The translations under genes and the position numbers were made by a program. A model generated the notes under the pieces. The model ran no database searches and was not told the DNA's origin. It saw only the letters and a program-made list of their open reading frames with translations. Positions 11,431-25,680 of a stretch of 64,000 nt of DNA are shown in pieces. Positions within the stretch are counted from its first letter, which is position 1, and every line of letters starts with the position of its first letter. Source of the stretch: Octopus vulgaris (Eukaryota); NCBI GenBank assembly GCA_951406725.2, contig OX597829.1, forward strand, positions 7,626,001 to 7,690,000, read 5' to 3'.

Positions 11431-14400
11431 ATACATATACATACACACACACTCACATATATATTATATATATATGTATATATGTCAAGACTCTCAAAGT
11501 ATACAATCAATAATTTTATTATTTGTGCACAATAGGTGTGATATTAAAGTAGTGGACTATTAATCATGCAGTGTGATCAGTACTGTGTCCTACACTAAGG
11601 CACCTGTCTCTACTTGCTCCATTTTGCCTGACTGAACAACATAATAAAAGAAAATCCACCAAGTACTTTACAGTTAAGTAGGAAACAATAAGAAAGTCAC
11701 ATAACTGTGGAGAAAAAAAATGGTCTAACAAAACATCCCACCCATAAAAATATAGAAAACTTTAAAAAGTTAATTAGCTTGTCATATATAATTAGATTTC
11801 AATGAATAAGCATATCAATTGCTACTTTTTAATATAGTGATTCTAAAAAAATGCTAAAGAGATTAAAACAACCATATTCATTATCCCAATGAATATAGTC
11901 TTTAATTGTTCAAAAAATGATAGTTACATTGAAATAATTTGTAAATCGGTTGTAAGGCATATGACAATTGTGCATGTATCATTATCTGGTTCAAAGAATA
12001 CTTGTTTGGCCGCAGGATAACCTTTCTGACCAATTAGCAGTCATGTTCAATGCAAGAAAAAGCTAGATGACAAATGAGTTATTTACAAATATGAAAGTTG
12101 CAATAGAATATTTAAACTTTTCTAATCTGCATATTTACAATGTATCATCTACTTAATCTGAATTGTTGTTTATTTTCAGAGCAGCCTTCTTCAAGTAGAC
12201 TTATGATCAAAGGTATATTAGCTGCTTAATTTTCAGGTCACAGTATATCTAGTTCTACATTATTTAATGCGTCCTCCCTTTTCTGAGATAGTAGGATATG
12301 ATCTAATGTACATTTTATTGATATTTCTAGTAAGTCACGTAACCACATAGAATTTCATTCCCTGGCTCAACCTAGCTTTACATGAATTATGCTTTGATAA
12401 TTAAGAAACAAACAAAAATAAACGCAGCACCTTTTCTCTTCTATATATTAACTGAAAGTGACTGCTCTTCAAATAGCCAAACCTTCTTCCAGTAATGTAC
12501 TTATCTTTCAATATCTGTGTGTGCATGTATGAGCACATATACCTGTGCACATTGCTACACATGTTAAAGAAATTGCTTTATTGCTTTTATAGCCAAAAGG
12601 ATAGACTGCAGATATGCTTTCAAATCATAAAATGCCAGAATATCACTTATGAACTGTATCAGTATCATATTTTAAGTTTATTGTTCTCCTAATATTGATC
12701 AGGTCTACACTTGAATTCACACAATTTTTATTTTATTCTTCTTTCTTTTTCAAAACGGTTTATACAAATTAATATTTGAAAAATATTTCCTAAACAATTA
12801 AAATGTTAATATCTAAGAAACACACACAGAGTGTCTCAATTCCTGAGATACTCTTTTTGAATTATAATTATTAATGGCAGAAATACTGCCCTGCAGGTGG
12901 TTTTTTACTAGTTGCTACATAATACTTACACAGTGGATTCCCAATGTGTACAATTTTTTGATACGTTATATATAATATCCCTTTGTAACTTATATCTGTC
13001 AAATAGCAATCACACAGGAATAAGCTCAACAGTGGTATTAGGACTTATTTTTCCGTCAAAATATATATATATATATATATATTATTAACTTTTTTTATAT
13101 ATATATATATATATGTACATTTCAGTATTAATAAATGATATAAGCCTACAATTACAGATGTACAGAGATGGGAAATTATATTTTTTGCTTTCCTATTCAT
13201 CATATCTACTTTGATAACACAATGATTTCTAAAATATATAAGAAATTTCCTGTTACAACCCTTATCATGTAACAGCCTCCTATAATAGTTATTTTCTTTT
13301 TGAACATTGTATACAACAATGAAGTGCTTTAGTTTAAAGTAAACAAGACAAGTTTGTATTAGGTACAATTGACATAAGTACATTTAAACCACTTTTCTTC
13401 TTCTGGTTTCTATTTCTTCAACAACATTCAACAAATATGACAAGGTGTTGTAATCAAAATAATTTAGCTGGTGCTAGATTAAACTTATATTTTGGAAAAA
13501 TGTTTTTTACTGATATGTCTGTAGAAAGTTGTTGAAATATTAGAGTAACATCTACATATCTATAAATATAAAGAAAATATAAATATTTAAAAATTGTGAT
13601 ATTGTCATGAAGTGTAGAGCAAGAGAGACAAAAAAAAACAAAAAAAAAAAAAAACACACACACACAGAGAAAGAAAGGTGAAGGACAAAACTATCTCACA
13701 GTGTTAAAAAAATGTTATCTTGCAATGAACTAAAATTAATTTTCTGCTTGAAAAGTATAGCTGAAATCTTCAATGATAAAAGAATTTTAAAAATACATTC
13801 TGATAAAGATATATTAAAATTAGAAATTTTAGGAATTTTCTATGCATGTAGACTTTAATAATTGCTTTCTTTTAGTAACAGCAACATCCTCATAACTAAT
13901 TAAGCTTTTTTTTTGTCTCATTCTATGGACATACTGATATATCAGGATTAGTGTCCCCATCTTGGTTGTTACAGTTATGATGTTTCAACTGTTGTACAAT
14001 CTAGTTTCAGTAATTTGTAAGATTTTGAACTGAAATCTTTATCAAGTGCACAAGGGAAGATTATTCTTGTTCTGTTTCCCATATTCTTATATTAGTTATT
14101 CCACTTGTGATGCTACTTACACATACCACTTGAACCTGAGAATAGATCTAAACTGAATGTCACAGGATTGAGCTCACTACTTTCTGTAGAGCGAATGATT
14201 AAAAGCATTGATTAGGTTTCAAGTGTTGAAAGTCTATAAGGTATCTGTGAGTTCAATCCCTGTATCAGTTAATTATATACATATATCACCATTATCATCA
14301 TCATCATCATCACCATTTTAATGTCTACATTTCTTTGCTTGCATGCATCAGACAAAAGTATGTTGAGGTAGTGCTTCCTAAGGCCGGTTACCTTTGACAT

Positions 14401-14479
14401 CTTGTCCCCACCTGCTTGCAAATGAGTTAATAATTTCCAATTTATTAAGCAAGGAGTATAAATATGGCCCCTCATGAGG

Positions 14480-14880
14480 ACCTGGGCAAAGTGGATTGAC
14501 AGCCTTGACAGCACAGCTCTGAGCACAGTTGACAACATCAGATGGTGCAATTACATCTGATGAAGAGCCTCATGCATGCAGCTTCCCGCTTCATAGCCAT
14601 CCGCCACATGTGCTGGTATGGACATGTCCTTTGCCTCCAGCCAGATCATCCTATCAGGACCTTACTTTTGTTCAACGCACCAGTTGTGGGCTGGAAGAGA
14701 CCCCATGACAGGCCCTGCACCAGATGCTTGGATGTGATTAAAGAAGATCTCCAGAGGATTGGTTTCACCTTGGGGGTTGCAGAGGGCCTGACATGAGGTT
14801 GCCAGCAATGGGTGGCACTGGTGAACCAGGTTGGCTTTGCACATAATGCCTCTGAGATGATCCCAGCCCCATCGAGAGAG
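14480..14880 (+). mobile_element. RTE-type LINE 3' end fragment
   Basis: ORF 14542-14796 has WYGHVLCLQPDHP...WKRPHDRPCTRCLDVIKEDL, the typical RTE C-terminal W.GHV.R...GRP..RW.D motif. Confidence 0.8.
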
Positions 14881-16490
14881 AGAGAGATTGGACAACAAAC
14901 AACCTAGACGTGTTTATACAAAGAAGTGGAAAAGAAAAGGACAACACATGACTCAGCCCATTGTTTACAAACACCACATAATATATCAAGTAGGCTGGAC
15001 ATGATGTGTGGTAAATAGCAAACCATTTCTAGCAAGTAGCAAAGATGAGGAAAATACAAGCTCATTCATATACACACATATCCACACATACAATTATATC
15101 TTGGGAAGGGAATTACACCATTGATATCCTCATGTAGTGGTTCTATTTTATTTTGATATTTTCCCTTGTCACTTGGTTAATGAGTCTATCCAATTAACTA
15201 ATCAGTTATTTGATTAATTGTGCTCAGTTAGGACTGTGGAAGTCCTTTCATCACCACTCATAACATCATCAATGATAAGTGCTCTTCAGGTTTGCTTTAG
15301 GTTACACTTAACTGACTGATTGATTGATTGATTGAAGATTCAATCAAACAACTGATTACTTAATTAGTTATCTGGTTAACTAATAAAGAAAAAAAATACA
15401 AAAGAGCAAGTAAGTACAGTATTGCAATTAACCACCAATGAATTTTCAGTCACTGTTTTCTTGTATCAATAGTAACAGATTTTGTCTTAGCATGCTTTTG
15501 ATGGTGGGTAAATGCTACTGACAAAAGTTCAACAAGGCAGAAATGTGCATCTATTCTAACCAGTGTTGCTGGACAATATTATCTGTTACTGATATATTTG
15601 TGTTTTTAAACATAGTACAAATATATAAGAATTTGTCTCTGGATGAATACTGCAGATAATTTGCCTTTTGACAATATCTGCATAAAGTATGATATACAAA
15701 CAACACACATGCACACATGCACGCACACACACACACACAATTATAATCATAAACATACTTGTTTCCTTTTTTGTAAAACTTAGTAAATTGTAATGGTTAT
15801 TATTTAAATTAATTAAATTGATTCAGCTTTAAACTTTGCTGGAGGTTAAAAACTGCAATTACATTTGTGTGCAAGCATGTGCACACATGCACACACATAA
15901 ATCTTTCTATGTGCTAAATGAGACCAGACAGTGAAAGCTAGAAGAGAAAGATATGTAATATAATGTAATCAATTTGTTGTGAGGACCGGACATACGTTGG
16001 GACTTAGGGTTCAATTTAATATCATTCTTGTAGATGGGGAATGTAATTTTCAAGATATGTTAAATAGTGAGATATAAGATGAATTAAACTATTTTGACAT
16101 TTTTTTTTTGTTTTCACAAGAATGAGAGAAATATCTAACAGAAACAGGTATGTACACACAAGCATATTACTCTGTAATAACATCTGCAATACTGAATGCA
16201 ACTGTTTCAATGTTTTCTATGGATATCAGCTCATGCACATATTGATATTTTTATTTACATTCACCTGCCAGTAAGACAACAACGTGAAGAGAAAATTTTA
16301 TCAGTATCAGGAACATTTTCTATATTCTTTCCAACACAAATTTTTTATCTAAATTAGAAAATGTATGCAGAGTACGTACAGATGATATATAAAGTAGATT
16401 AAGTGTACAGGATGTATAGACTTTATTAGTTCTCTTTTAGATTCTTTATATTTTGGTTTCAGACCAAAATATAAGAAATGGGCCACAATT

Positions 16491-16686
16491 CTTTTCTACT
16501 CTAGGCACAGAACCCAAAATTTTTTGGGAAGTGGCCAGTTGATTAGATCAACCCCAGTGTACAACTGGTACTTAATTTAACGACCCTGAAGTGGTCGGCA
16601 GAATTTGAACACAGAATGTAAAGACAGATGAAATACCGCTAAGCATTTCACGTGGTGTGCTAACGTTTCTGCCATCTCACTGCCTT
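16491..16686 (-). mobile_element. tRNA-derived SINE with 16-bp target-site duplication
   Basis: Homolog of 40490-40702; flanked by GAAATGGGCCACAATT at 16475-16490 and 16687-16702. Confidence 0.85.
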
Positions 16687-16989
16687 GAAATGGGCCACAA
16701 TTAGAAAACACAATTGAAATTTTCTTAATCTTCAATAATGATTTCTTGCTTAGGTACACAAATAAGATATGAAGTAATCTTGTAGATGAGATGGCATTGC
16801 CCTATGACTTATTTCATCAGTGAGAGAAGAGAGGAAAAACTAAGCTGGTTCAGTGTGGAAACACAGAGAGATATAGCTTTCGGGAAACAGGGAGATATAG
16901 CTAAAGAGTACTAAAAGAGAATTATGACTGGTGAGCTACTATTTCCAACATTTAATTAATCTTGTTAAACTAACAGTCATGCATAGATT

Positions 16990-17490
16990 TGTATGAGCTT
17001 GATCCCCCATGCACCTTCGCAAGTGGAATTATCACATGGCATATGATAGTTTCCCACATTAACATCCAATGCAATCTTTTAACTGATACAAGTATGTCTT
17101 CACAGGAAAGTAAGTTGATTTCAACCATGGAAAGGTATGCAAAGTAGAATGTCACTAACCAGCTCTTCCATACTTTCCTAATTAGGCTAATTCCCCTTTC
17201 TTTAATGGTGTCTTAGACTTTAGGTAGCTTGTCATACAATCTTTCGTTGATAGGATGCTCTTTCCAGAACATATTGACAATGACATAGAGCATCCTGTAT
17301 AGTTTGGAGTCTTCTGGATTTTGGCTAAGTGGAAGAACCAATGTGCAATATGAAATCAACCACTGTGAGAAAAAAGGTCTTATTTCCATATTATGCTCAG
17401 ACTTAGATGCTGTCCAAGCTTTACTGAGGAAATATCTAAACATCAGTACTATGTTACTTTTGACATACATGATACACTGGCTTTATCGAG
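16990..17490 (-). mobile_element. Decayed RTE-type LINE 3' fragment
   Basis: KAWTA...YRMLYVIVNMFWKEHPINERLYDKLP is similar to the fragment at 51241-51629 (NLSWKHHPTKIQIYGKLP). Confidence 0.7.
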
Positions 17491-17689
17491 AAAATTTTCT
17501 TGATGCTTTTCCATAAAATAGCAAAGCTGACTCATGGAATCTAAATTTAAGATGCAAATGAAAAAAATAAATAAATTCTCATTTTAAAATGAATAATTCT
17601 GCCAACTCACCACCTTTAGTTATGATAATAAAGAAAAATAACAACTTAACCAATCTCATATCGGGATCACATCTTCTTTGAAACTCTGT

Positions 17690-18045
17690 TGATTACGACA
17701 ACGAGGGTTCCAGTTGATCCAATCGACGGAACAGCCTGCTCATGAAATTAACGTGCAAGTGGCTGAGCACTCCACAGACACGTTTACCCTTAACATAGTT
17801 CTCGGGGAGATTCAGTGTGACACAGAGTGTGACAAGGCTGGCCCTTTGAAATACAGGTACAGCAGAAACAGAAAGAGAAAGTTGTGGTGAAAGAATACAG
17901 CAGGAATTGCCACCCCGCCTGCCAGAGCCTCGTGGAGCTTTAGGATTTTTGCTCAATAAACACTCACAACACTCGGTCTGGGAATCAAAACCACGATCCT
18001 ACAACCACGAGTCTGCTGCTCTAACCACTGGGCCATTGCGCCTCC
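17690..18045 (-). mobile_element. tRNA-derived SINE, near full length
   Basis: Minus strand starts GGAGGCGCAATGGCCCAGTGGTTAG (A box) and ...GGTTTTGATTCCCAGACC (B-box-like); same head as 62597. Confidence 0.85.
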
Positions 18046-19235
18046 ACTATGGGTCACATAAATTGTAGGGGAAATTTAAAACAATTGAATCCATCGCTTG
18101 CTATACAACAGATATTTGTTATTATTCCTAGAGAACACAAAGTCGACCAGATTATATGTTGAAATGGAGGATTAGTTGTAAATACGATTATACAGTACTG
18201 TTTCTGTTACTTTAATGATAATAACAAAAACAACAATAATTAATGACTTCTACCATGAACATGATGTTGAACATTTTAGAAAGAGTACAGTCATTGATAC
18301 TTCCTATACTTCTTCACTGTAGAGTATTTTATCAATCCTACCATAATAAAAGCTTCACTTCAGTGATAGCAGGATTTAAATTCAATGTGTATAGGAACGT
18401 AGGAAACAAAAAAAAAAACAAAAAAAATCAAAACATGTTGGTCTGCCAGCTGGTTTATCATTTTTGCCATCCTCTGCAGTAAAATAACAGCAACAGAAAT
18501 AATTTTGAGTGTAGACACAAAGTCACAAATTTCTGCATTTAATCAACTCTGGAAATTATGAAATGCAAGTTGGCCTCTGAAGCAAGTTAAACATAAAATG
18601 CAAAAGGACGTAACTAATTGCTACAAGGTATTTTATCTTTTGATATAGTGATTCTGCCAGTCTACTGTATTTATGTTATAGATTAAATTACCTATTATTT
18701 TGGTAATGCGTTGTATATAAATATGTAAGCGTGCATGCTTGTAGTGCATATATTGTGTATATACATGTATGTGTGCACATGTACATATATACAAAGTAAA
18801 CTGTCTAAATTTCAACAAGAAACCTTTATTTAAAAAATATAGATAAGTAACGTAGTGTGCTTATTTGTGCAAATACACAGTGTTGTAAGGGTATGCATTA
18901 TATTTATGGGTACTAAATGTTACTCCTTTATTTTCCCAAGGCGAGTAGATTGTCATATTTGAGATGGCATGATGGAAGTTATTTATAATCTATTGTTCAG
19001 GCTAGGAGGTAATGGGTAATGAAAAGTTATGATCATTCTCATGATGTCACATTTATTATGATAGTGATAATATATTAAATGTTTCATGAAATCACTGCTG
19101 TCATCCTTCAGTAAAGAAGGCCAGGATGTAATAGATGCATTACCAAAATTACTATCAGAATTATTTAATTTAAAAATGAAGTTAATAATTTGACAATAAG
19201 AGCAAAAAATAAATATATCCATTCCTGAAATACTG

Positions 19236-19278
<43 letters not shown>

Positions 19279-19282
<4 letters not shown>

Positions 19283-19346
19283 TGGGTGCTGAAAAGTTGC
19301 TTGCTTTAGGTAAAAGAAGATACAGGAAGATCTGTGTGTGTAGGTA

Positions 19347-19406
<60 letters not shown>

Positions 19407-19580
19407 CAGGGAGATCAGTTAATCATGGTTTTATTCAGCACATCCTCCTCTCAGATTCATATCCTTATTACAGTGATCCTTCAGTTTTTCTAAGCCCTGA
19501 AAAAGAACTTGGAATGTTGGTCCTCCAACCAGGCCTTTCACGAAACCCTTAAAGCCAAGAAATTTTCAGCACCTGCCTCA
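19279..19580. mobile_element. Mariner-type MITE interrupted by a microsatellite
   Basis: TA|TGAGTGGGTGCTGAAAAGTTGCTTGCTTT...AAAGCCAAGAAATTTTCAGCACCTGCCTCA|TA, giving ~30-bp imperfect TIRs with TA flanks. Confidence 0.8.
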
Positions 19581-21135
19581 TATAATAAATCTAATTAGAA
19601 AAGTATTTATGTTTTGCATTCCGTCTTTTATATCCTTCTGAAGCTGGTTTGCTTTTCATACATCCTACAATAGCACTTCTTTCTCTATATGTCATAATAC
19701 TAGATCTGAAATTTGTTATGGGCACTCCTGGTTTGTCCCTTGCATGTCAAGAAGTCTTTCTTCCTGTAAGTAACATAGGAACCAAGCTACTTGAAATCAA
19801 TGAGTACTTTAAGTCGTATACCATAAATTGGTGGCTGGATTTCATCTTCATTTTGATGATGTACAAATGGCATTAAGAAACAAACCAACTTTGACTGCAA
19901 CATTCTTAAAGAATGCTAACAAGTCATGTACATGACACAACCAAGTATTTCAAAGTTAACATGGTTGGCCTTTCTCATATGTTGAAAGCATTCTCCACAA
20001 TGGAGTCGAATCTTGGACAATGAAGAAGGAATCTGGAGATCACTAGCATGGTATGTACACCAAGTTACTTACAAGAGTGTTATCCTTTCTTGAAGACTCC
20101 CACATCCTTATACTTAGATGAATAAATGCTTTACGTATGTAATCTGTTTGAACTATTAATAAAAGCTTGAAATATGAAAAAAAACTTTTCTACTCAAACT
20201 GGTATAAAACTTTAATTATTTTATATACAAAGAATTATAACAGTTGTATCTACAGCTAGTTTCATTAAATATGATAGCCAACAATCATATACCATTTAGT
20301 AAAGCAATAATTGATGACATCAGCACTCACCTAACAAGACACTAAATTTACAATTATACTAATGTACTTTGTTGCTGCTCTCTGCCTCATCTGAACTATA
20401 TATCTCGTTTTCAAAACAGAAACTTTCAAGAATTTCCCTCCACCTATGTTTTTCTTACATGCAAATAGAATATCAGTCATATCAACTTCTGGAAAGGCCT
20501 ACACAAGTTATGGCTTTGATACTACCATTTTTCTTCCATAAACTAAAATGGTCAAAGTGAAAAGTAAAAAAATACAGCTGCCAGTCAATTATGCTTTGTG
20601 ATGTAAAATCAGTCTGAGGAAGGGGGAATTTCACATAATTTGTGATATCATATAGATACGAGACATATTTCAACAAAATTATCATTCAAAGTAACAGCTT
20701 ATGCTTATTTTTGTGTAGTCTTTATAACATTTATCTGACCTCATGCAAAAAAGTATGTTACTTAACACCCTAATACTCTTCATGAAGTTGATGTCATGAT
20801 TTCTTTAGAAAACAATAAAATCTAATTACTTAGATATAAATTCATCACATGAAATGCAATTAATTGGCATTCATACAAATAACATTTAACAATAACGAAC
20901 TAATAGAAACTAAAAATGCAGATTTCAACATTTTCAAAATTTTATAATAAAATAACGATATATGACAACCATTTTTCAAAATATATGAAAAGTGAGAAAG
21001 AGAAAAAAGTTTACCATGCAGTGATTAGAAACACCGAACACCAATAAATCTGACAACAAAGATTAAAAATTACAATGAAAACAAGATCAGATATATAAAA
21101 AAAAATTATATATATACATATACACATACACACAC

Positions 21136-21211
<76 letters not shown>

Positions 21212-21699
21212 GTATATAATTCAAGAAGGTGAGGAATGACCTGTATATTAGTTTGAAAGATTTAATATATTTATTATAAGGAAGGGAAGAAAACAAGACT
21301 TAACTTCAAAGAGTAATTATTTTAAGGTAGAGATATATCTATTCTTTATAAACTATGTATTTTGCCTTAAAGATTTGGTATGTGTGAGTGTGTGTGTGTG
21401 CATATATATATCAGAGAGTAAATTTACATGTACACTAATATACTCTGTCACTGCACTCTACATCACCTAAACTAATGTCTCAGTCCCAAAACAAAACACT
21501 AAACACATCCAGCCTTTGCCCAATGTTTTCAGAACCTGTGGGGTAGGTTGGTGCATGACCTCCATCTTCTGAGAACTGATTGTGAGGCTTAAGTTGTAGC
21601 AGGCAATAAAAAAAGTAGTTCATGCTCTGCTGCATCTGAGCCTCTGTGGTGGCACTGAGTGCACAGTCACCTGTGAAGAGGAAGTTGAAAATGCATGAA

Positions 21700-22210
21700 A
21701 ATGCATTAAGTAGTTGCATGGCCTATGCTACTGTACACTGCTTCTATATGAACTGTCGGAAAAAGCAATTGAAAATCACCTGGCAAGGTAAGATTCCACA
21801 CACAGAGGTCCTCTCACGAACTGATCTGCCAAGCACTTACACACAGTTGAGGAGAGCGTAAGTCAGGTGGGTAGGGCAGCTCATTCCAATCCTTGACATG
21901 CGATTTCCCAAAAGACTGTTTTACAGCAAACTGGCAGAAGGCAAGCACATTCAGGGCGGAGAGAAGAAGTATTTCAAGGATACACTCACTCATAAGACTC
22001 AGTGAAGAGCTTCAATATCAACTCTGAGATCAAAGCTGCTCTCACAGATGTGCCACCACCTAGAAACAGAATAGGACTGCAAGGTTAGAAGGGTAACACA
22101 AACTGTGCAAGTCCAGAGCTAACTCCTTGTTCTCAGTCCCAACAGACCACCAGAGCCTGACTCAAGGCAGAACCTTCTGAGCACACATTGCACTGATCTG
22201 CCACAGCCAG
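21700..22210 (+). mobile_element. RTE/BovB-like LINE 3' fragment
   Basis: LKITWQGKIPHTEVLSRTDLPS, followed by RWVGQL...RFPKRLFYSKLAEGKH..GG.KKYFKDTL, the BovB-like ORF2 C-terminus. Confidence 0.8.
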
Positions 22211-22230
22211 ATGCACTTTACATACATGTG

Positions 22231-22271
<41 letters not shown>

Positions 22272-22723
22272 GTGTGAGCATAAATTTATGTATATATGTC
22301 AGTTGGTTGTCTGTGAGTTTTGTGATGTCTCCAATGGAAATTGTGCTTTCGGTATTCTGTGATCACATCATTCACTCCGCTCCATTCTCAAATTATCTCG
22401 TTTCAAATATGTTCTCTTAATGATATTACTGAATCTTTCCATGGCCCCGTTAAGTTGTAGCGAATCAATGTTCTATCCTCTCCATAATAGTCCATGTCTT
22501 ACTTGCATGTAAGATAGACATTGGGTCAGAATGGAAAAGAATGGCGCAATCAAGACAAGATTGAAAGTACATTTGTGACCAATAGTGTACAACAACATTT
22601 AATGGTCTAGTCGATACTGTGATGTATACATTTATACATATACATGCATATTTAATCTATATAAACATAAATATGTATGTGTGTTTATAAATATACATGT
22701 ATATAAATATATATGTATATATG

Positions 22724-23065
22724 TGCATGGCTCAGTGGTTAGAGTGTTGGATTCACAATCATAAGGTCATGAGTTCGATTCCCAGACTGGGTTGTGTGTT
22801 GTATTTTTGAGCAAGGCACTTTATTTCACTTTACTCCAGTTCACTCAGCTATAAAAATGAGTTGTTGTGCTGTCACAGGTGCCAAGCTGTATCAGCCTTT
22901 GCCTTTCCCTTGGATAACATCAGGGGTGTGGAAAGAAGAGGTTGGTATGTATGGGTGACTACTGCTCTTCCATAAACAACCATACCCAAACTTGTGCTTC
23001 GGAGACTAACTTTCTAGATGCAATCCAAAGGTCAAATAGTCATTCATGGCCACAAGGGGCCTTTA
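22724..23065 (+). mobile_element. tRNA-derived SINE (CORE-like TTGAGCAAGGCACT segment)
   Basis: TGGCTCAGTGG A box and GAGTTCGATTCC B box, followed by a non-tRNA body. Confidence 0.75.
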
Positions 23066-23496
23066 TGTATGTACAAATGCTTCCTTAAGCATTAGGCAAA
23101 GGTACTAATTAATATTATATTACATAATACTATCTTAGTTTGTCCATTGTCTGTTTATGTATATATATATATATATATTTAATTTATTTAATTAATTTAA
23201 TTTAATTCAATTTTATCATGAATTTGCATTATTTTTATTTCTTTGTAAAAAAAAACAATCATCTGCATGAATTAAAATTCTCTTATATACTTTAACATCT
23301 TCTCTTCTCCAATTGTAACAAAATTGTTGAGTTTTATGGGATTTCTTGCCATAAATTCACAACACACCATATACATGTATTATTTTCATATTCACAAATT
23401 CATGCCAGTGAGCTACCAGCAAAATATGAAGAATCAATATTAGAAATCTTTCTTCGGAAACCTCCAAAGGACGAATCTAAATTCAGCCTTTTTACA

Positions 23497-23537
<41 letters not shown>

Positions 23538-23628
23538 TTCCTGGCTGATCCAGGAGAAGTTCATAGGTCATTGCAGCAAGGTAAAGGGAGAAAACCATAA
23601 AAGAGAGAATGCAACCTCATTTCAATCC

Positions 23629-24135
23629 TCATATAAATGGGAATTCTGAGAGTTGATCACAATGAAACACACATACAGTAAGACCATAATGTAGGGCTTG
23701 GATCAAGAAGACAAAATGATCAGGACATCTGAAATGATTAAGGACCACCCACATGGCTGGTCTTAGCACAGTGTCAAAAGATTTCTCCAGATCATAGAAG
23801 GCAAGGAAAAGGGACTTTTGTTGTTCATAGCACTTCTCTTGGATTTGTCTGGCACAGAAAACCATATTTATGGCTCCACTGGATGCACGGAAACCATACT
23901 GAAATTCTTGAAGGAGTCTTTCCATGATGACCTTCAGATGGTTCAAAAGTATTTGAGTAAGAAATCTTTTCCACAATAGCATGTAGTGAGATTCCACGAT
24001 AGTTCCCGATATATTGATGATAATTGTGTCTTTGAGATCATTTGGGACCGGACATGATAGGCACATCTTTAGAAACAAGATGAAGAGCTTAGTCTGCAGT
24101 GGCAATCTGCCATGGTGCATTCCTAGAAATAGCAT
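23629..24135 (-). mobile_element. RTE-type LINE reverse-transcriptase fragment
   Basis: QYGFRASSGAINMVFCARQIQEKCYEQQKSLFLAFYDLEKSFDTV corresponds to non-LTR RT domains 1-3 (QxGFR, DLEKAFD). Confidence 0.9.
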
Positions 24136-24284
24136 TTAACAATAATACAGGAATGAAAACTAAGACGTAGATTTGAAAATTATAGTCCAAATATTTATCC
24201 AGGAGGAGAAATTGTTTGTCAGGTTTGAGAGGGCAGTTTATATATATACATGTGTGCATGTGTGTGAGTATGTGTAAGTATATA

Positions 24285-24329
<45 letters not shown>

Positions 24330-24744
24330 AATATTTAGCAGAAGTAACAGTGTGACTGAAGGTCTGTGAGTTTTTGTGCATTGGCACTTATCAAACTGGT
24401 TACAGGTCAAAGACCTGTGAGTTTATATCACCTTTGGGGATAAAAATCTATACTCATATTTTGTGTTCTATTTGTCCTGTTTGCATCAACATACTTATAT
24501 ATGTGTGTGTATATGTATATATATATATATACATAGCTTTGGATGAAGAGGGTTAGGATTAGGGTTTGCTGCTATTGATATGCAAACAGGGATGAATCAG
24601 AGTTGGGTCAACAGTGCGAAGGGGTCTGACTTTGAAAGACCCATCTAGGACTTCACAAACATCACTCAACAGTTCATCCAACAGCATCCACAAGATGCAA
24701 CTTAAGAGTAAACTATGGACAGCTGTGTCTGTGTGTGTGTATTT

Positions 24745-25158
24745 CTTTTATTCTTTTGTTTGTTTCAGTCACTTGACTGTGGCTATGCTAGAGCACTGCC
24801 TGGTAGGGTTTAAGTCAAACAAATTGACCCCAGGAGTTAATTTTTTTAAAGCCTTGAGCTTATTTTATTTTATCAATCTCTTTTTACCAAACTGCTATGT
24901 TACAAGGATGTAAACACACCAACACCGGTTGTCAAGCGGTAATGAAGGGACAAACGCAAACACGAAGATACACACACATATAAATATGTATGTATGACAG
25001 GCCTCTTTCAGTTTCTGTCTACCAGAATCCACTCACATAGCCTTGGTCAACCTAAGGAAATAGTAGAAGACACTTGCCAAAGGTGATGCACAGTGGGACT
25101 GAACCTGGAACCATGAAGTTGGGAAGCAAGCTTCTGACCATGTAGCCACGCTTGCGCC
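24745..25158 (-). mobile_element. tRNA-derived SINE (family of 59213-59575)
   Basis: Co-linear with 59213-59575 (gtttcagtca.ttgactgtggc.atgct...gaagacacttgcc.aaggtg...gtgggactgaacc). Confidence 0.85.
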
Positions 25159-25479
25159 TATGTATATATTGCTTGTTTTTATGTTCATTTATAATAAAAT
25201 CAATTTTAAATTAACCTAAAGAGAACAGATTTATTCTTTAACAAGAATAACATTGAAAGTGACTTTGAATTTTTGGTCAGCTAAGCCATCGTCAGCAGTC
25301 CAACGACGGCTCAGCTGGTTAAAACTTTGACAGTGCTGTCAGTAACATTGTTAAGAATAATAAATACACACACACACATGTATATCTATATAGGGTGTAT
25401 ATATATATATGCGTGTGATTATGAGCTGTATAATAATGACTCTCTGCCAGTTTGAACAATGTGCTTTCAATTGAACAAT

Positions 25480-25680
25480 GTGCTTTCTCCGTCTGGGTTG
25501 CGGATCCTGGAATAAGCTGCTGGACGAAATGGTGAAGATGCCGACGACCGCTCGGTTCAAAGTCTCTCTTGACCAGAAATGGCTTGAACTCTTTGCATGA
25601 ACACCCCTGTACATAACTCCATGTCCCCTTACATGGCCTTGCTTTTTGCTTTTTGAGCCCAAAAATTAATTTAACTTAAT
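25480..25680 (+). mobile_element. CR1-type LINE 3' end
   Basis: FSVWVADPWNKL.DEMVKMPTTARFKVSLDQKW (with an indel) matches the CR1 ORF2 terminus FS.RV...WN.LP...FK..LD; short 3' UTR ending in a ttaac-like repeat. Confidence 0.8.
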
